A stretch of 64,000 nt of DNA from Flavobacteriales bacterium (GTDB lineage Bacteria > Bacteroidota > Bacteroidia > Flavobacteriales_F > PHOS-HE28), in NCBI GenBank assembly GCA_016721825.1, contig JADKHI010000002.1:320687-384686 (forward strand), in the 5' to 3' direction. Positions within the stretch are counted from its first letter, which is position 1; every line of letters starts with the position of its first letter. The position numbers and the translations under genes are program-made. Below are positions 1 through 9,131 of this stretch, piece after piece. Below the pieces are notes generated by a model. That model was not told the origin of the DNA, made no database searches, and worked only from the letters and a program-made list of their open reading frames with translations.

Positions 1-17
1 TATGATAGAAGGAGGTT

Positions 18-38
18 GGTGTTCACCCAATGAACACC
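18..38. promoter_or_regulatory. inverted repeat GGTGTTCA-N5-TGAACACC upstream of the peroxidase gene, with a third GGTGTTC half-site at 43-49; possible operator or upstream-gene terminator
   Basis: Perfect 8-bp arms read directly, about 130 nt upstream of the CDS start at 172. Confidence 0.25.
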
Positions 39-171
39 GGCCGGTGTTCGTCCGAACGTACGATGGCCGTTAAGGGCAAGCCGAAGAGCTTTACTCTGAG
101 GCTTCACGGTCGATGGTGGAACCACGCTTGTGACGCTGGAAGACCTAGCTTCGCGATACCAGGCGAGGCGC

Positions 172-1341
172 ATGCGCACAACCCCATCCCCCCAAAGCGT
201 ATGGTCGCGAAGGCACCAATGGGCGAGGCGCTCGGCGCCGGTGGCCATCACCTTGGTGGTCGCTTTATTCGTGGGTTGTGCGAAGGATCCTGATGAGGGT
301 ACCCCGCAGCCGATGCCCGCTCCACAGCTTCCTGCCACCCTGGCGAGCTACGCCTTGCCAACGCTTCCTGCGCATTTCAATAGCGCAGCGCTTCAAGCCT
401 TCGAGAGCACCCCGTCCGACAACCCCATAACCGATGCCGGTGCCACATTGGGGCGAGTGCTCTTCTACGACAAGAACCTTTCGGCCACGCGGGCTGTCTC
501 TTGCGGAAGCTGCCACCACCAGGACCATGGCTTCGCCGACACGCGGAAGAAGAGCAAGGGCCACACGGGCCTGAGCACACGCCGCAACGCCTCACACATC
601 GTGAACCAGTTCTATACCCGCCGTCAGTTCTGGGACCTTCGCGCCAACACGTTGGAGGACCAAGTGCTCATGCCGCTTCAGGACACGGTGGAGATGGGCA
701 TGACCTTGGCGCAGGTGAACATGCGGGTCGAAGGGCTTCCTTATTACCCGCTCTTGTTCGAGGAGGCCTTCGGCGACAGCACGATCACCTCCGACCGGAT
801 AGCGCGTGCCGTGGCGCAGTTCGTCCGCTCCATAGTTTCGTACCGAACCCGCTTCGACGAAGGCGAGGCCAATGGATTCGTGGACTACACACCTATGGAA
901 CTGGCCGGAAAGGCGCTGTTCTTCAGTCAGGAGACGCGATGCAACCAATGCCACATGACGGCCAACTTCTTCACGCCGGGTTCCTTGAACAACGCGCTGG
1001 ACGTGGATTACGCGGACAATGGGGTGGGGGAGCGTACCGGTGATCCTGCCGACAACGGAAAGTTCAAGGTGCCCAGCCTGCGCAACGTGGAAGTGACCGG
1101 TCCCTATATGCACGATGGACGTTTCCTGACCTTGGAGGAAGTGGTGGAGCACTACAACAGTGGCCTGAAACCCCACGCGTACATCGATGACCGACTGACC
1201 ACGGACATGACCATTGGTGGAACGCCTTACCAGCTGGGGCTTACGACCTATGAGAAGCAGGCCTTGGTAGCCTTTCTTAAGACCTTGACCGATCTGCCTC
1301 TGATGGCCGATCCGCGGTTCTCGGATCCGTTCATGCCCTAG
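172..1341 (+). CDS. di-haem cytochrome c peroxidase (CCP/MauG family), lipoprotein-type leader
   Basis: Two CxxCH haem motifs (CGSCHH, CNQCHM). Leader is VVALFVGCAKD. ATG at 172; the track ORF opens with GTG at 130. Confidence 0.8.
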   Translation: MRTTPSPQSVWSRRHQWARRSAPVAITLVVALFVGCAKDPDEGTPQPMPAPQLPATLASYALPTLPAHFNSAALQAFESTPSDNPITDAGATLGRVLFYDKNLSATRAVSCGSCHHQDHGFADTRKKSKGHTGLSTRRNASHIVNQFYTRRQFWDLRANTLEDQVLMPLQDTVEMGMTLAQVNMRVEGLPYYPLLFEEAFGDSTITSDRIARAVAQFVRSIVSYRTRFDEGEANGFVDYTPMELAGKALFFSQETRCNQCHMTANFFTPGSLNNALDVDYADNGVGERTGDPADNGKFKVPSLRNVEVTGPYMHDGRFLTLEEVVEHYNSGLKPHAYIDDRLTTDMTIGGTPYQLGLTTYEKQALVAFLKTLTDLPLMADPRFSDPFMP

Positions 1342-1359
1342 GTCGTAAGCCTGATCTCC

Positions 1360-2784
1360 TTAACTCCGAGCCGCCACGAAGTGGCTCACATTACTACCAT
1401 CGGAGGCCCGCAAGCCTCGGAAGGTGAGGGATGAAAGCACGGTGAACAAGCCGAGCACAACGAACGCCAAATGGAGCCCTTCGATGTAGGCCGCGGTCTC
1501 GGATTGGGAGACCTCCTTAAGGAATAAGGCAGCGACCAGGGAGGCGGAAGCCACGCCGAAGCTGAGCGCCATCTGTTGGGCGGTGCTGGAGATGCTTGTG
1601 GCCTTGCTGGCGTCCGTATCCTTCACGTCAGCGAAGGTGAGCGAGTTCATGCAGGTGAACTGGAGCGAGGAGAAGATGCCCTGTGAAAGGCTCAACAAGC
1701 CGATCAGCCAGAACGGGCTTCCGATCCCGATGAAGTGGAAAGCCGCGATGTTGAGGCCGAGCAACACGGTGTTCCACACCAGGACCGTCCGATGTCCGAA
1801 ACGCTTCAGCAGCGCGCCGCTCATGATCTTCATACCGATGGCGCCGAGGGCGAGCGGCGTGGTGAGGAGACCGGCCTCGAGGGGCGAATAGCCAAGCCCG
1901 ATCTGGTAGAGCAAGGGCAGAAGGAAAGGCATGCCACCCACACCGAGACGTGTGATGAACCCGCCGATCACCGAGACGCGGAAAGTGCGCAGCAGGAACA
2001 CTTCCATGTGCAGCAGCGGATGCGGGGCGCGACGGGAGTGAATGCCGTACGCCACCAGCAGCACAATGGACGTCAGCAGCATGATGGTGATCTCCGTGGG
2101 CGGCCAGGTGTGCTCGCCGAACACCTCGAGCACGTAGGACAATAGCGCGATCCCGGCACCAAAGAGGAGCATGCCCAAGCCATCGAGCGGCGCAACACCG
2201 CGATCCACGTGATCGGGCATGTACCGCCTGATCATCCACCAGCCCACGATGCCGATGGGCAGGTTCACGAAGAAAATGGTCTGCCAAGGCAACCAATGCA
2301 CCATGAAGCCACCGATGAACGGCCCCAGGAGCGGAGCGATCAGTGCCGGGATCACCACGAAGTTCATCATGGCCAACATCTGTGACCGGGGGTAAGCACG
2401 GATCAGTGCGATGCGGCCCACGGGCGTCATCATGGCCCCACCGACGCCTTGCAGGAATCGTGAGGCCACGAGCATCGGCAGGTTCTGGGAGAGGCCGCAC
2501 AACAGCGACCCGATCGTGAATAGGGCCACCGCCATCCGGAAGATCCGTCGCGTGCCATAGCGGTCCGCCATCCAGCCACTGATCGGGATGAACACGGCAA
2601 GGGCAAGGGTGTAGGTGGTGAGCACGGCCTTCAAGCTCAACGCTGAAGTGCCAAGGTCCTCGGCAATGGTGGGCACCGCGGTGTTCAGGATGGAGATATC
2701 CAGGTTCTCCATGAACAGACCTACGGCGACCAACCAAGGCAGCACGCGCAAGTTGCGCTGATCAGGTATGGCGGTGGTGCTCAT
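1360..2784 (-). CDS. MFS transporter, DHA2/EmrB-like (14-TMS type)
   Basis: About 475 aa, highly hydrophobic with many predicted TM helices. MFS-like motif WMADRYGTRR. ATG at 2784; the track ORF starts at TTG 2802. Confidence 0.8.
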   Translation of the reverse strand: MSTTAIPDQRNLRVLPWLVAVGLFMENLDISILNTAVPTIAEDLGTSALSLKAVLTTYTLALAVFIPISGWMADRYGTRRIFRMAVALFTIGSLLCGLSQNLPMLVASRFLQGVGGAMMTPVGRIALIRAYPRSQMLAMMNFVVIPALIAPLLGPFIGGFMVHWLPWQTIFFVNLPIGIVGWWMIRRYMPDHVDRGVAPLDGLGMLLFGAGIALLSYVLEVFGEHTWPPTEITIMLLTSIVLLVAYGIHSRRAPHPLLHMEVFLLRTFRVSVIGGFITRLGVGGMPFLLPLLYQIGLGYSPLEAGLLTTPLALGAIGMKIMSGALLKRFGHRTVLVWNTVLLGLNIAAFHFIGIGSPFWLIGLLSLSQGIFSSLQFTCMNSLTFADVKDTDASKATSISSTAQQMALSFGVASASLVAALFLKEVSQSETAAYIEGLHLAFVVLGLFTVLSSLTFRGLRASDGSNVSHFVAARS

Positions 2785-2829
2785 GCGGTAGGTGCGCTCC
2801 AAGTGGTCCTTCTTGGAAAAAGCACCCGA

Positions 2830-3339
2830 TCATTCGTCCGCGTCGTCATCCCCCAGGAACGTGTTCGGGTCGAACGGATCATCGTCGTCCAGGTCCTTGT
2901 CGAAGGGACCTACCCCAGGAGGGTTGAAGAGCCCCCAACGGTCAATGATGTAGTTCTCACGATCGAACCCCGCCACCCAGTCGATGAAGAGCAGGCGGAA
3001 CTCCTCCACTTCAGCACGGAGCAGGTTGAAATAGCGGGGCTCGTTCCATCCGTAGATCTCCAGGCCCCGCAAGCCTACCACCAGGTCGCGGGCCGCCTTG
3101 CGGATAATGGAGGCGTTCTCCATGCGCAGGTCGTAGAGTGCCACGCCCTCCGCTGCGGCGATCTTGGCGGGGATCATCATCGCATCCGCCATCATCTGGT
3201 TGCTCTGCTCCTTGAGCATCTCCCCTTCGTCGCCTTCCACCTGCGGGGCAGCATCGACCAGAGAACTTACCACATGAAAGATCTCCATGGCCTTCTTGTA
3301 GATGGGAAGGTCGCGTGGGTTGGTCCTGTCTTCGCGCAT
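2830..3339 (-). CDS. hypothetical helical protein with acidic C-terminal tail (possibly four-helix-bundle-like)
   Basis: Coherent ORF with an acidic tail (DDDDPFDPNTFLGDDDADE). ATG at 3339, alternative GTG at 3381. No catalytic motif recognised. Confidence 0.5.
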   Translation of the reverse strand: MREDRTNPRDLPIYKKAMEIFHVVSSLVDAAPQVEGDEGEMLKEQSNQMMADAMMIPAKIAAAEGVALYDLRMENASIIRKAARDLVVGLRGLEIYGWNEPRYFNLLRAEVEEFRLLFIDWVAGFDRENYIIDRWGLFNPPGVGPFDKDLDDDDPFDPNTFLGDDDADE

Positions 3340-3387
3340 GGCACTGCGTACGTGGTGTGCCGGGAAGATAGCGGCCGCCACCCAAGT

Positions 3388-3822
3388 TCATTGCACCTCA
3401 ACGACCTGGGGAAGTTCCTCACCGGTCCTCAACCAATGCTGTGCCTCCTCGGGACTGCGGAAGAAGCGGATGGGGAAGGGGACAGTGCCCTGCACGGCCT
3501 CCACCACGCGCTCCAGCGTGCTGCGGTTGAAGAAGTCCGAGCTCTGCACAATGGCGGCGCGCTTCAGGGTGGTGCGACCCATGCGGGGACACCAGCTTTG
3601 GATCAGCCACAGCTCATCGTCGTGGAGGATGACACCCCGGCGGCGTTGGTCGGTGAGGAAGTAGCTGAGCTTGTGGTCCGTGATCCACTGTACCGCCAGA
3701 TCGAGCGTGCACCGATAGGTGCCACTGGGCGCGAAGTTCTTCCACGTCACGCTCAGAAGCCCGTTCTCCGGATCGGCTGAGACATTCACGTATGGCGCAT
3801 CCTGAACGTACCGCGCTTCCAT
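3388..3822 (-). CDS. hypothetical protein, STAS/SpoIIAA-like guess
   Basis: 144-aa ORF with ATG start, 6 nt upstream of the previous gene on the same strand. Fold assignment is from memory only. Confidence 0.45.
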   Translation of the reverse strand: MEARYVQDAPYVNVSADPENGLLSVTWKNFAPSGTYRCTLDLAVQWITDHKLSYFLTDQRRRGVILHDDELWLIQSWCPRMGRTTLKRAAIVQSSDFFNRSTLERVVEAVQGTVPFPIRFFRSPEEAQHWLRTGEELPQVVEVQ

Positions 3823-3968
3823 GCATTGAAGCTAACACGGGAACGGCCTCTTTCCACCGGCTCATCCCTTTGGTCGATGCGATGGCCGTAGACCGGAACA
3901 GTATTTTTTCTGAAGGGGGTGGGGGTATTCCGGCCGGTCCTTGTCATTGGGTCAACAACACGATCATC

Positions 3969-4637
3969 ATGACCTTCGATCTTTTCCGTCCCGTCGCCCT
4001 TGGCGCTCTCTTCACGCTTTCCGCAGCGCTTCATGCCCAAACCACCGAGGAGCAGCCCATGCGCACGCTCTTCGGCTCCGACCATGATCTCCATTCCGGA
4101 GGGTGGGGCGCACCCACGGCCGCTTACACCCGGATCATGGATCAGGATGCCATGCTTGTGGGCCTGCGGGGTGGATGGATCATCGACCACCGCTTCACGC
4201 TCGGCATCGCGGGCTATGGTCTGGTAACGCCGGTGAACAACGCGAACTACGATGCCCACCTGATCGCCGATGGCCTCACCCCGCAGCAGAAGAGCCGCTT
4301 CCAGACCGGTTATGGCGGACTGTTGTTGGAACCCATCATCGCCTACCGGAGCCCGATCCACATCAGCCTGCCGATCCTCATTGGGGCAGGTGGTTGCGGC
4401 TACCAGACCTTCACCGGGCTACCACAGGACTTCGACCCCTATTCCTACCACGACGACTTCCAGGCCTTCTTCGTGCTGGAACCCGGCATCGACCTGGAAA
4501 TGAACCTGGTGAAGCTGGTGAAACTGGGGCTCGGGGCTTCGTACCGCTACACCTCGGACGTTACGCTGCCGGGTACGCCGAAGAACGCGATGGAAGGATT
4601 CAACGCTTCACTGAGCATCAAGGTGGGCGTGTTCTGA
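3969..4637 (+). CDS. small outer-membrane beta-barrel-like protein
   Basis: Signal peptide MTFDLFRPVALGALFTLSAALHAQ, alternating Gly/aromatic strands, C-terminal Phe (KVGVF). Confidence 0.6.
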   Translation: MTFDLFRPVALGALFTLSAALHAQTTEEQPMRTLFGSDHDLHSGGWGAPTAAYTRIMDQDAMLVGLRGGWIIDHRFTLGIAGYGLVTPVNNANYDAHLIADGLTPQQKSRFQTGYGGLLLEPIIAYRSPIHISLPILIGAGGCGYQTFTGLPQDFDPYSYHDDFQAFFVLEPGIDLEMNLVKLVKLGLGASYRYTSDVTLPGTPKNAMEGFNASLSIKVGVF

Positions 4638-4700
4638 GAACACAGTGGTCCATCGAGCAAGGGCTAGGCGAAGTAGCTTGGCCCTCGCTGTTCCAGACCC

Positions 4701-5804
4701 ATGCACCTTCGCTCTTCCGCGTTCGCTCTTCCGCTTTTCCTGCTCTCCTCCTTAGCGCTCGCACAGACCGCTGCGTCGACCATCGAGCCACCGGCGCTGA
4801 TCGGTTATTACTCGGGCGATGGGCACGACCTCGAAAGCCGCCGCATCGACCAGCTGACGCACGTGATCTGGTGTTTCGGGCATCTTGAAGGCGACAGCAT
4901 GGTGGTGCCTCCTTCGCAGGAGAAGGTGATCCGGAAGATGGTCGGGCTAAAGCGGCAACACCCCTCATTGAAGATCCTGCTTTCGCTCGGGGGCTGGGGC
5001 AATTGTCCGACCTGTTCGGAGGTCTTCAGTCGTGACGAAGGGCGCAGGCGCTTCGCGGAAAGCGTACGGAAGCTGTTGAAACGCACCTGGACCGACGGCA
5101 TCGATCTGGACTGGGAGTATCCCGCCGTGCAAGGGCCGCAAGGACACCGCTTCGCCCCGGAGGACCGTCGGAATTTCACACTCCTCGTGCAGGAACTAAG
5201 GGATGCAGTGGGGCCGAAGGCCGAGATCAGCTTCGCCGTGGGAGGTACGGACGAGTGCATTCTGAAGGGCTTTGAATGGGACAGTGTGATGGTGCAGGTG
5301 GACCGGGTCCATGTTATGAGCTACGACCTTGTTCATGGTTTCAGCACGCGTACCGGGCATCACACGGCCTTGTTCCCGGTGAAGGAGCAATCGCTTTCCG
5401 CGGACCGCGCGGTAGAGGTGCTCGACTCGTTGCACGTACCCAGGAGCAAGGTGGTGATCGGTGCGGCGTTCTATGCGCGCTTCTGGAAGGACGTTGCAGC
5501 GAAGGACAATGGCCTCTTCCAACCCGGCGTGTTCAGTCATACCCGCACCATCAGTGCAATGGATACGGTGGTCACCGAAGCGAAGGGTTGGCGGTTGCTG
5601 CGCGACGATAAGGCCCAATCTCCCTACGCCTACCGTTCAGCCTCCAAGGAGTTCGTGACCTACGATGATGCGCAGAGCGTGGCCGCCAAGGCACGGTACG
5701 TCCGCACACAGGGGCTTGGTGGCATCATGTTCTGGCAGCTCGCGGATGACAAGCGCAAGGATGGCTTGCTGCAGGCCATTCATGATGCATTGCGATCACC
5801 TTGA
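4701..5804 (+). CDS. glycoside hydrolase family 18 (chitinase-like), secreted
   Basis: GH18 catalytic motif DGIDLDWEYP. N-terminal signal peptide ends ALAQ. Confidence 0.85.
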   Translation: MHLRSSAFALPLFLLSSLALAQTAASTIEPPALIGYYSGDGHDLESRRIDQLTHVIWCFGHLEGDSMVVPPSQEKVIRKMVGLKRQHPSLKILLSLGGWGNCPTCSEVFSRDEGRRRFAESVRKLLKRTWTDGIDLDWEYPAVQGPQGHRFAPEDRRNFTLLVQELRDAVGPKAEISFAVGGTDECILKGFEWDSVMVQVDRVHVMSYDLVHGFSTRTGHHTALFPVKEQSLSADRAVEVLDSLHVPRSKVVIGAAFYARFWKDVAAKDNGLFQPGVFSHTRTISAMDTVVTEAKGWRLLRDDKAQSPYAYRSASKEFVTYDDAQSVAAKARYVRTQGLGGIMFWQLADDKRKDGLLQAIHDALRSP

Positions 5805-5827
5805 AGCCGTCGCACGACCTTCGCACC

Positions 5828-6868
5828 ATGGAGCCGGAACACATCCAACGCAAGAAACCGATGTACCCAGTGAGCGCGGCGCTGAACACCTACCTGGAAC
5901 AGCACTCGCGCAAGGTCAGCTTACCCATCGACTATACCGAGCTGCTGCGTTTCGATGGGCTGATCCCCAAATTGGATGACAACGGCAAGGAGACCTTGTG
6001 GAACACCGTGCTGCTGCGTCCCTCGGACCAGGAGGACCTCCACGCCCGGCTTGTTGAGGTGTACCAGCTGTTGATCGCCGACGGCCGTCCGATCGACTAC
6101 CTGAAGGTGGCGAGCATCGATTACTGCATCTACGGCAACAGCCAACCCTTCCGGATCAAGATCCTGAACCAGATCAACGACAACCACGACTACTACTACA
6201 TCAAGAAGGCCGACGCAAGCCGTGTCTATGGGCTGGAACTGGAACACCTGCTGAGCCCGAACCGCATCAACTACATGTACGGCGAAGGCACCTTGGTGGA
6301 GGAGCACATCATCGGGGTGCCAGGGGATGACTTCATTGCTGCGCCTCAGCACTTCGGGGGCAACCTGAACGCCGTACGCTTAAGCAAGGAGTTCGTGAAG
6401 TTCAACGAACGTTGCTTCGTGCGGCTGCTGGGCGACATGCGCGCTTACAACTTCGTGGTGGATGTGATCCAGGACTTCGACAAGGTGCAGTACCGTATCC
6501 GCAGCATCGACTTCGACCAACAGTGCTATGAGGGCAGGCACCGCATCTACCTGCCACAATTCTTCAAGGAGAACAAGCCTTATGTGGAGCTCGCCAGCAC
6601 CACGATCGGGCTGGAGACCGCACAGCAATACGCCAATGAGGAGCGAGCATTATTGCGGAAACGCTACCGTCTGTCGCAGGACCAACTGGATCAACTCTTC
6701 GATGTGATGCGCGGTGATACCATCAGCACTCCGGAACATGTGGCCTTGTTAGCGGCGGAGCTGGCCGAAGTACATGGACTTCCGGCCCTGCGTGAGTGTG
6801 GTACCATGGGCGAACTGCTTCACCAGCACCTGCGAGCGCGCCTGGAGCTGGATCGCGTCAGCGGCTGA
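5828..6868 (+). CDS. hypothetical protein with protein-kinase-like motif pattern
   Basis: YYYIKKAD (Lys), EEHIIGVPG (hinge-like), LGDMRAYNFVV (D-x4-N), IRSIDFDQ (DFG-like). Alternative starts are TTG 5801 (overlaps the GH18 stop) and ATG 5861. Confidence 0.55.
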   Translation: MEPEHIQRKKPMYPVSAALNTYLEQHSRKVSLPIDYTELLRFDGLIPKLDDNGKETLWNTVLLRPSDQEDLHARLVEVYQLLIADGRPIDYLKVASIDYCIYGNSQPFRIKILNQINDNHDYYYIKKADASRVYGLELEHLLSPNRINYMYGEGTLVEEHIIGVPGDDFIAAPQHFGGNLNAVRLSKEFVKFNERCFVRLLGDMRAYNFVVDVIQDFDKVQYRIRSIDFDQQCYEGRHRIYLPQFFKENKPYVELASTTIGLETAQQYANEERALLRKRYRLSQDQLDQLFDVMRGDTISTPEHVALLAAELAEVHGLPALRECGTMGELLHQHLRARLELDRVSG

Positions 6869-6952
6869 TCTCTGTTCACGAACTTTCGAAGGAACTGTGC
6901 GTTGAAGGCCCCGGGCCGCCGTGTCAACAACTCCCCGGATGGCCCGGACCGT

Positions 6953-7663
6953 ATGCGTGCGCTGATCTTCCTACTTGCTTGTTCGCCTTTGGCGCTGCTG
7001 GCCCAAAGCCTCGACTATCGCTGGCCCAACCAGCCCTGTGCCCAGGTGTTGAGCTGCGACACCGGATGCACGGCCTGTAACCTGCCCGATGGCAGCAGCG
7101 CAGTGTTGCTCGGCACCAACATGGGCGCAGTGGGCGTTGATGTGTGTCCGCACCCGGTGGAAGTGGGGGACAACGCCCTGTTCACCTTCGGCTGGCCCGC
7201 GATCGCGGACAACGACCACAAGCTGCTGATCTCCGGTTTGGCCTTTCAGCCATTGCATATTGACAGTGTGATCGTGTGGCACCGGGCAGGCAGCGACGGT
7301 CCCGAGAGGCTTCGCGTCAGCATCTCCATCAACAACGCCGCTCCCGTACTCGTCTCCGACTGCTACGTGGAAGCGACCTTCACAGAGGCCACCTTCACGG
7401 ATGTGGGTGTGGTGGCGATCTCGGAGGGCAATGTGAGCGGCATGTTCCAGCTCGAACTGCAAGCCTACCAAGGCGCCGGCGGAAGCTGGGATGTGGATGA
7501 AGTGCGGATCGTGACAACGCCAGCCACGTCGACCGGTATCTCGGAGCTCGGTGCTCCCCGGTACAGCAATGCCCCCCGCTACGACATGCTGGGTCGTCCG
7601 GCGCCACGCACCGATGCTGATGGCGTCTTCATCGACCGTTTCAAGAGGATACGGGTGCAGTAG
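6953..7663 (+). CDS. hypothetical secreted protein, Cys-rich N-terminus
   Basis: Signal peptide MRALIFLLACSPLALLAQ. CAQVLSCDTGCTACN cluster and a small EATFT-EATFT tandem duplication. Confidence 0.55.
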   Translation: MRALIFLLACSPLALLAQSLDYRWPNQPCAQVLSCDTGCTACNLPDGSSAVLLGTNMGAVGVDVCPHPVEVGDNALFTFGWPAIADNDHKLLISGLAFQPLHIDSVIVWHRAGSDGPERLRVSISINNAAPVLVSDCYVEATFTEATFTDVGVVAISEGNVSGMFQLELQAYQGAGGSWDVDEVRIVTTPATSTGISELGAPRYSNAPRYDMLGRPAPRTDADGVFIDRFKRIRVQ

Positions 7664-7687
7664 GTCCCCTTCCGATCCGCGCGACCA

Positions 7688-8596
7688 TTAACGGCTTCCC
7701 GCCCTGGGATGGAAGCGCATGATGTTGCTGCGCAGGTACTCGCGGTCCAGGTGCGTGTAGATCTCCGTGGTGGTGATGCTGGCATGTCCGAGCATCTCCT
7801 GAACGGCCCGTAGATCGGCCCCGCCCTCCACCAGGTGGGTGGCGAACGAATGCCGGAAGGTGTGCGGGCTGATGATCTTCTTCACCCCGGCCAGGGCAGC
7901 CAGCTTTTTCGACAGGTTGAATACCGAAACGCGTGACAGACGGCCTCCACGCGCGTTGAGGAAAAGGATGTCCGCTGCCTTGGTTTGAACGGGCAGATGC
8001 ACACGCTCCTCGTTCCTGTAGCGTTCGATCTGCTTCATGGCCTCCGGACCGATGGGCACCAGGCGTTCCTTGTCGCCTTTACCGACCACACGGATGAAGC
8101 CTTCGCTGAAATGCAGGCGGCTCACCTGCAGGTCGCAGAGCTCACTGACCCGCAGCCCGCAGCCATAGAGGGTCTCGATGATGGCCCTGTCACGGTGCCC
8201 CAGCTTGCGGCTCATGTCGATGGCGGCAACGATGGCGTCGATCTCGGCCACGCTGAGGAAGGTGGGCAGGTAGCGGCCTGTGCGCGGGCTCTCCAAGAGC
8301 TCGGTAGGGTCGGTCGTCACCACCTTCTCGCGACGCAAGCTGCGGTAGAAGCCCCGAACGGCGCTCAGAAGACGCGCCTGGCTGGTGGCTCCCAGTCCCT
8401 GCTTGCTCACCCAGGTCGTGAAGGCCTGCAGGTCCTCCAAGGTCATCGCCTCTGGTTTCAGCGCGGGCGAATGTTCCTCGGCGAAAGTGCGCAGCTTGCC
8501 CAGATCGCGCAGGTAGGCCTCCACCGTACGATCGCTCAGCGAGCGCTCCAATTTCAGATGCACGCGCAGGTCAACAAGGGCCTGTTGCCATTCCAC
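7688..8596 (-). CDS. xerD: tyrosine site-specific recombinase XerD
   Basis: C-terminal HTFRHSFATHL...GHASITTTEIYTH (R-H-R-Y catalytic set). Start is uncertain: GTG 8596 gives about 302 aa, and the track ORF extends to GTG 8659. Confidence 0.8.
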   Translation of the reverse strand: MEWQQALVDLRVHLKLERSLSDRTVEAYLRDLGKLRTFAEEHSPALKPEAMTLEDLQAFTTWVSKQGLGATSQARLLSAVRGFYRSLRREKVVTTDPTELLESPRTGRYLPTFLSVAEIDAIVAAIDMSRKLGHRDRAIIETLYGCGLRVSELCDLQVSRLHFSEGFIRVVGKGDKERLVPIGPEAMKQIERYRNEERVHLPVQTKAADILFLNARGGRLSRVSVFNLSKKLAALAGVKKIISPHTFRHSFATHLVEGGADLRAVQEMLGHASITTTEIYTHLDREYLRSNIMRFHPRAGSR

Positions 8597-8705
8597 GGTG
8601 CGAAGTTCAAGTGGCACAGGGCGCTGCCGAGCACGGGATCCAGGAGATACAACGATCACGGTGTTATCAGCAGGCCTTCACCACCTTTGCCCCACTGCAT
8701 CCCCG

Positions 8706-9131
8706 ATGAAGCTCCTCCTCCTCAACGGCCCCAACCTGAACCTGCTTGGCAAGCGGGAGCCCGGCATCTATGGTGATCGTTCCTTCGAGGAATTCCTGCA
8801 TGCGCTTCGGAAGCACTACCCGGATCACGACCTCGATCATTTTCAGAGCAACGTGGAAGGGGAGCTGGTGAACGCCCTACAGGCAGCCGATGGCCTGTAT
8901 GTCGGTGTCGTCTTCAATGCGGGTGGCTACACCCACACCAGCGTGGCACTGCGCGATTGCATTGCGGCGATCAAGGTGCCGGTGATCGAAGTGCACATCA
9001 GCAACGTATTGAAACGTGAGGAATTCCGACACACCTCGTTGATCGGTGGCGTGTGCCTCGGCACCGTGTCAGGCCTCGGCCTCGATGGCTACCGGCTCGC
9101 AGTGGATCATCTGGTCAACCACGTCGGGTAA
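8706..9131 (+). CDS. aroQ: type II 3-dehydroquinate dehydratase
   Basis: MKLLLLNGPNLNLLGKREPGIYG start and about 141 aa length typical of AroQ. Confidence 0.9.
   Translation: MKLLLLNGPNLNLLGKREPGIYGDRSFEEFLHALRKHYPDHDLDHFQSNVEGELVNALQAADGLYVGVVFNAGGYTHTSVALRDCIAAIKVPVIEVHISNVLKREEFRHTSLIGGVCLGTVSGLGLDGYRLAVDHLVNHVG

Noticed and set aside
2803-3780. 325-aa plus-strand ORF
   Set aside because: It is antisense to two consecutive, coherent minus-strand ORFs and crosses their junction.
7688-8659. Tyrosine recombinase as a mobile-element integrase marking a genomic island
   Set aside because: Its sequence and length look like housekeeping XerD, it sits divergently next to aroQ, and I saw no flanking repeats or cargo genes.
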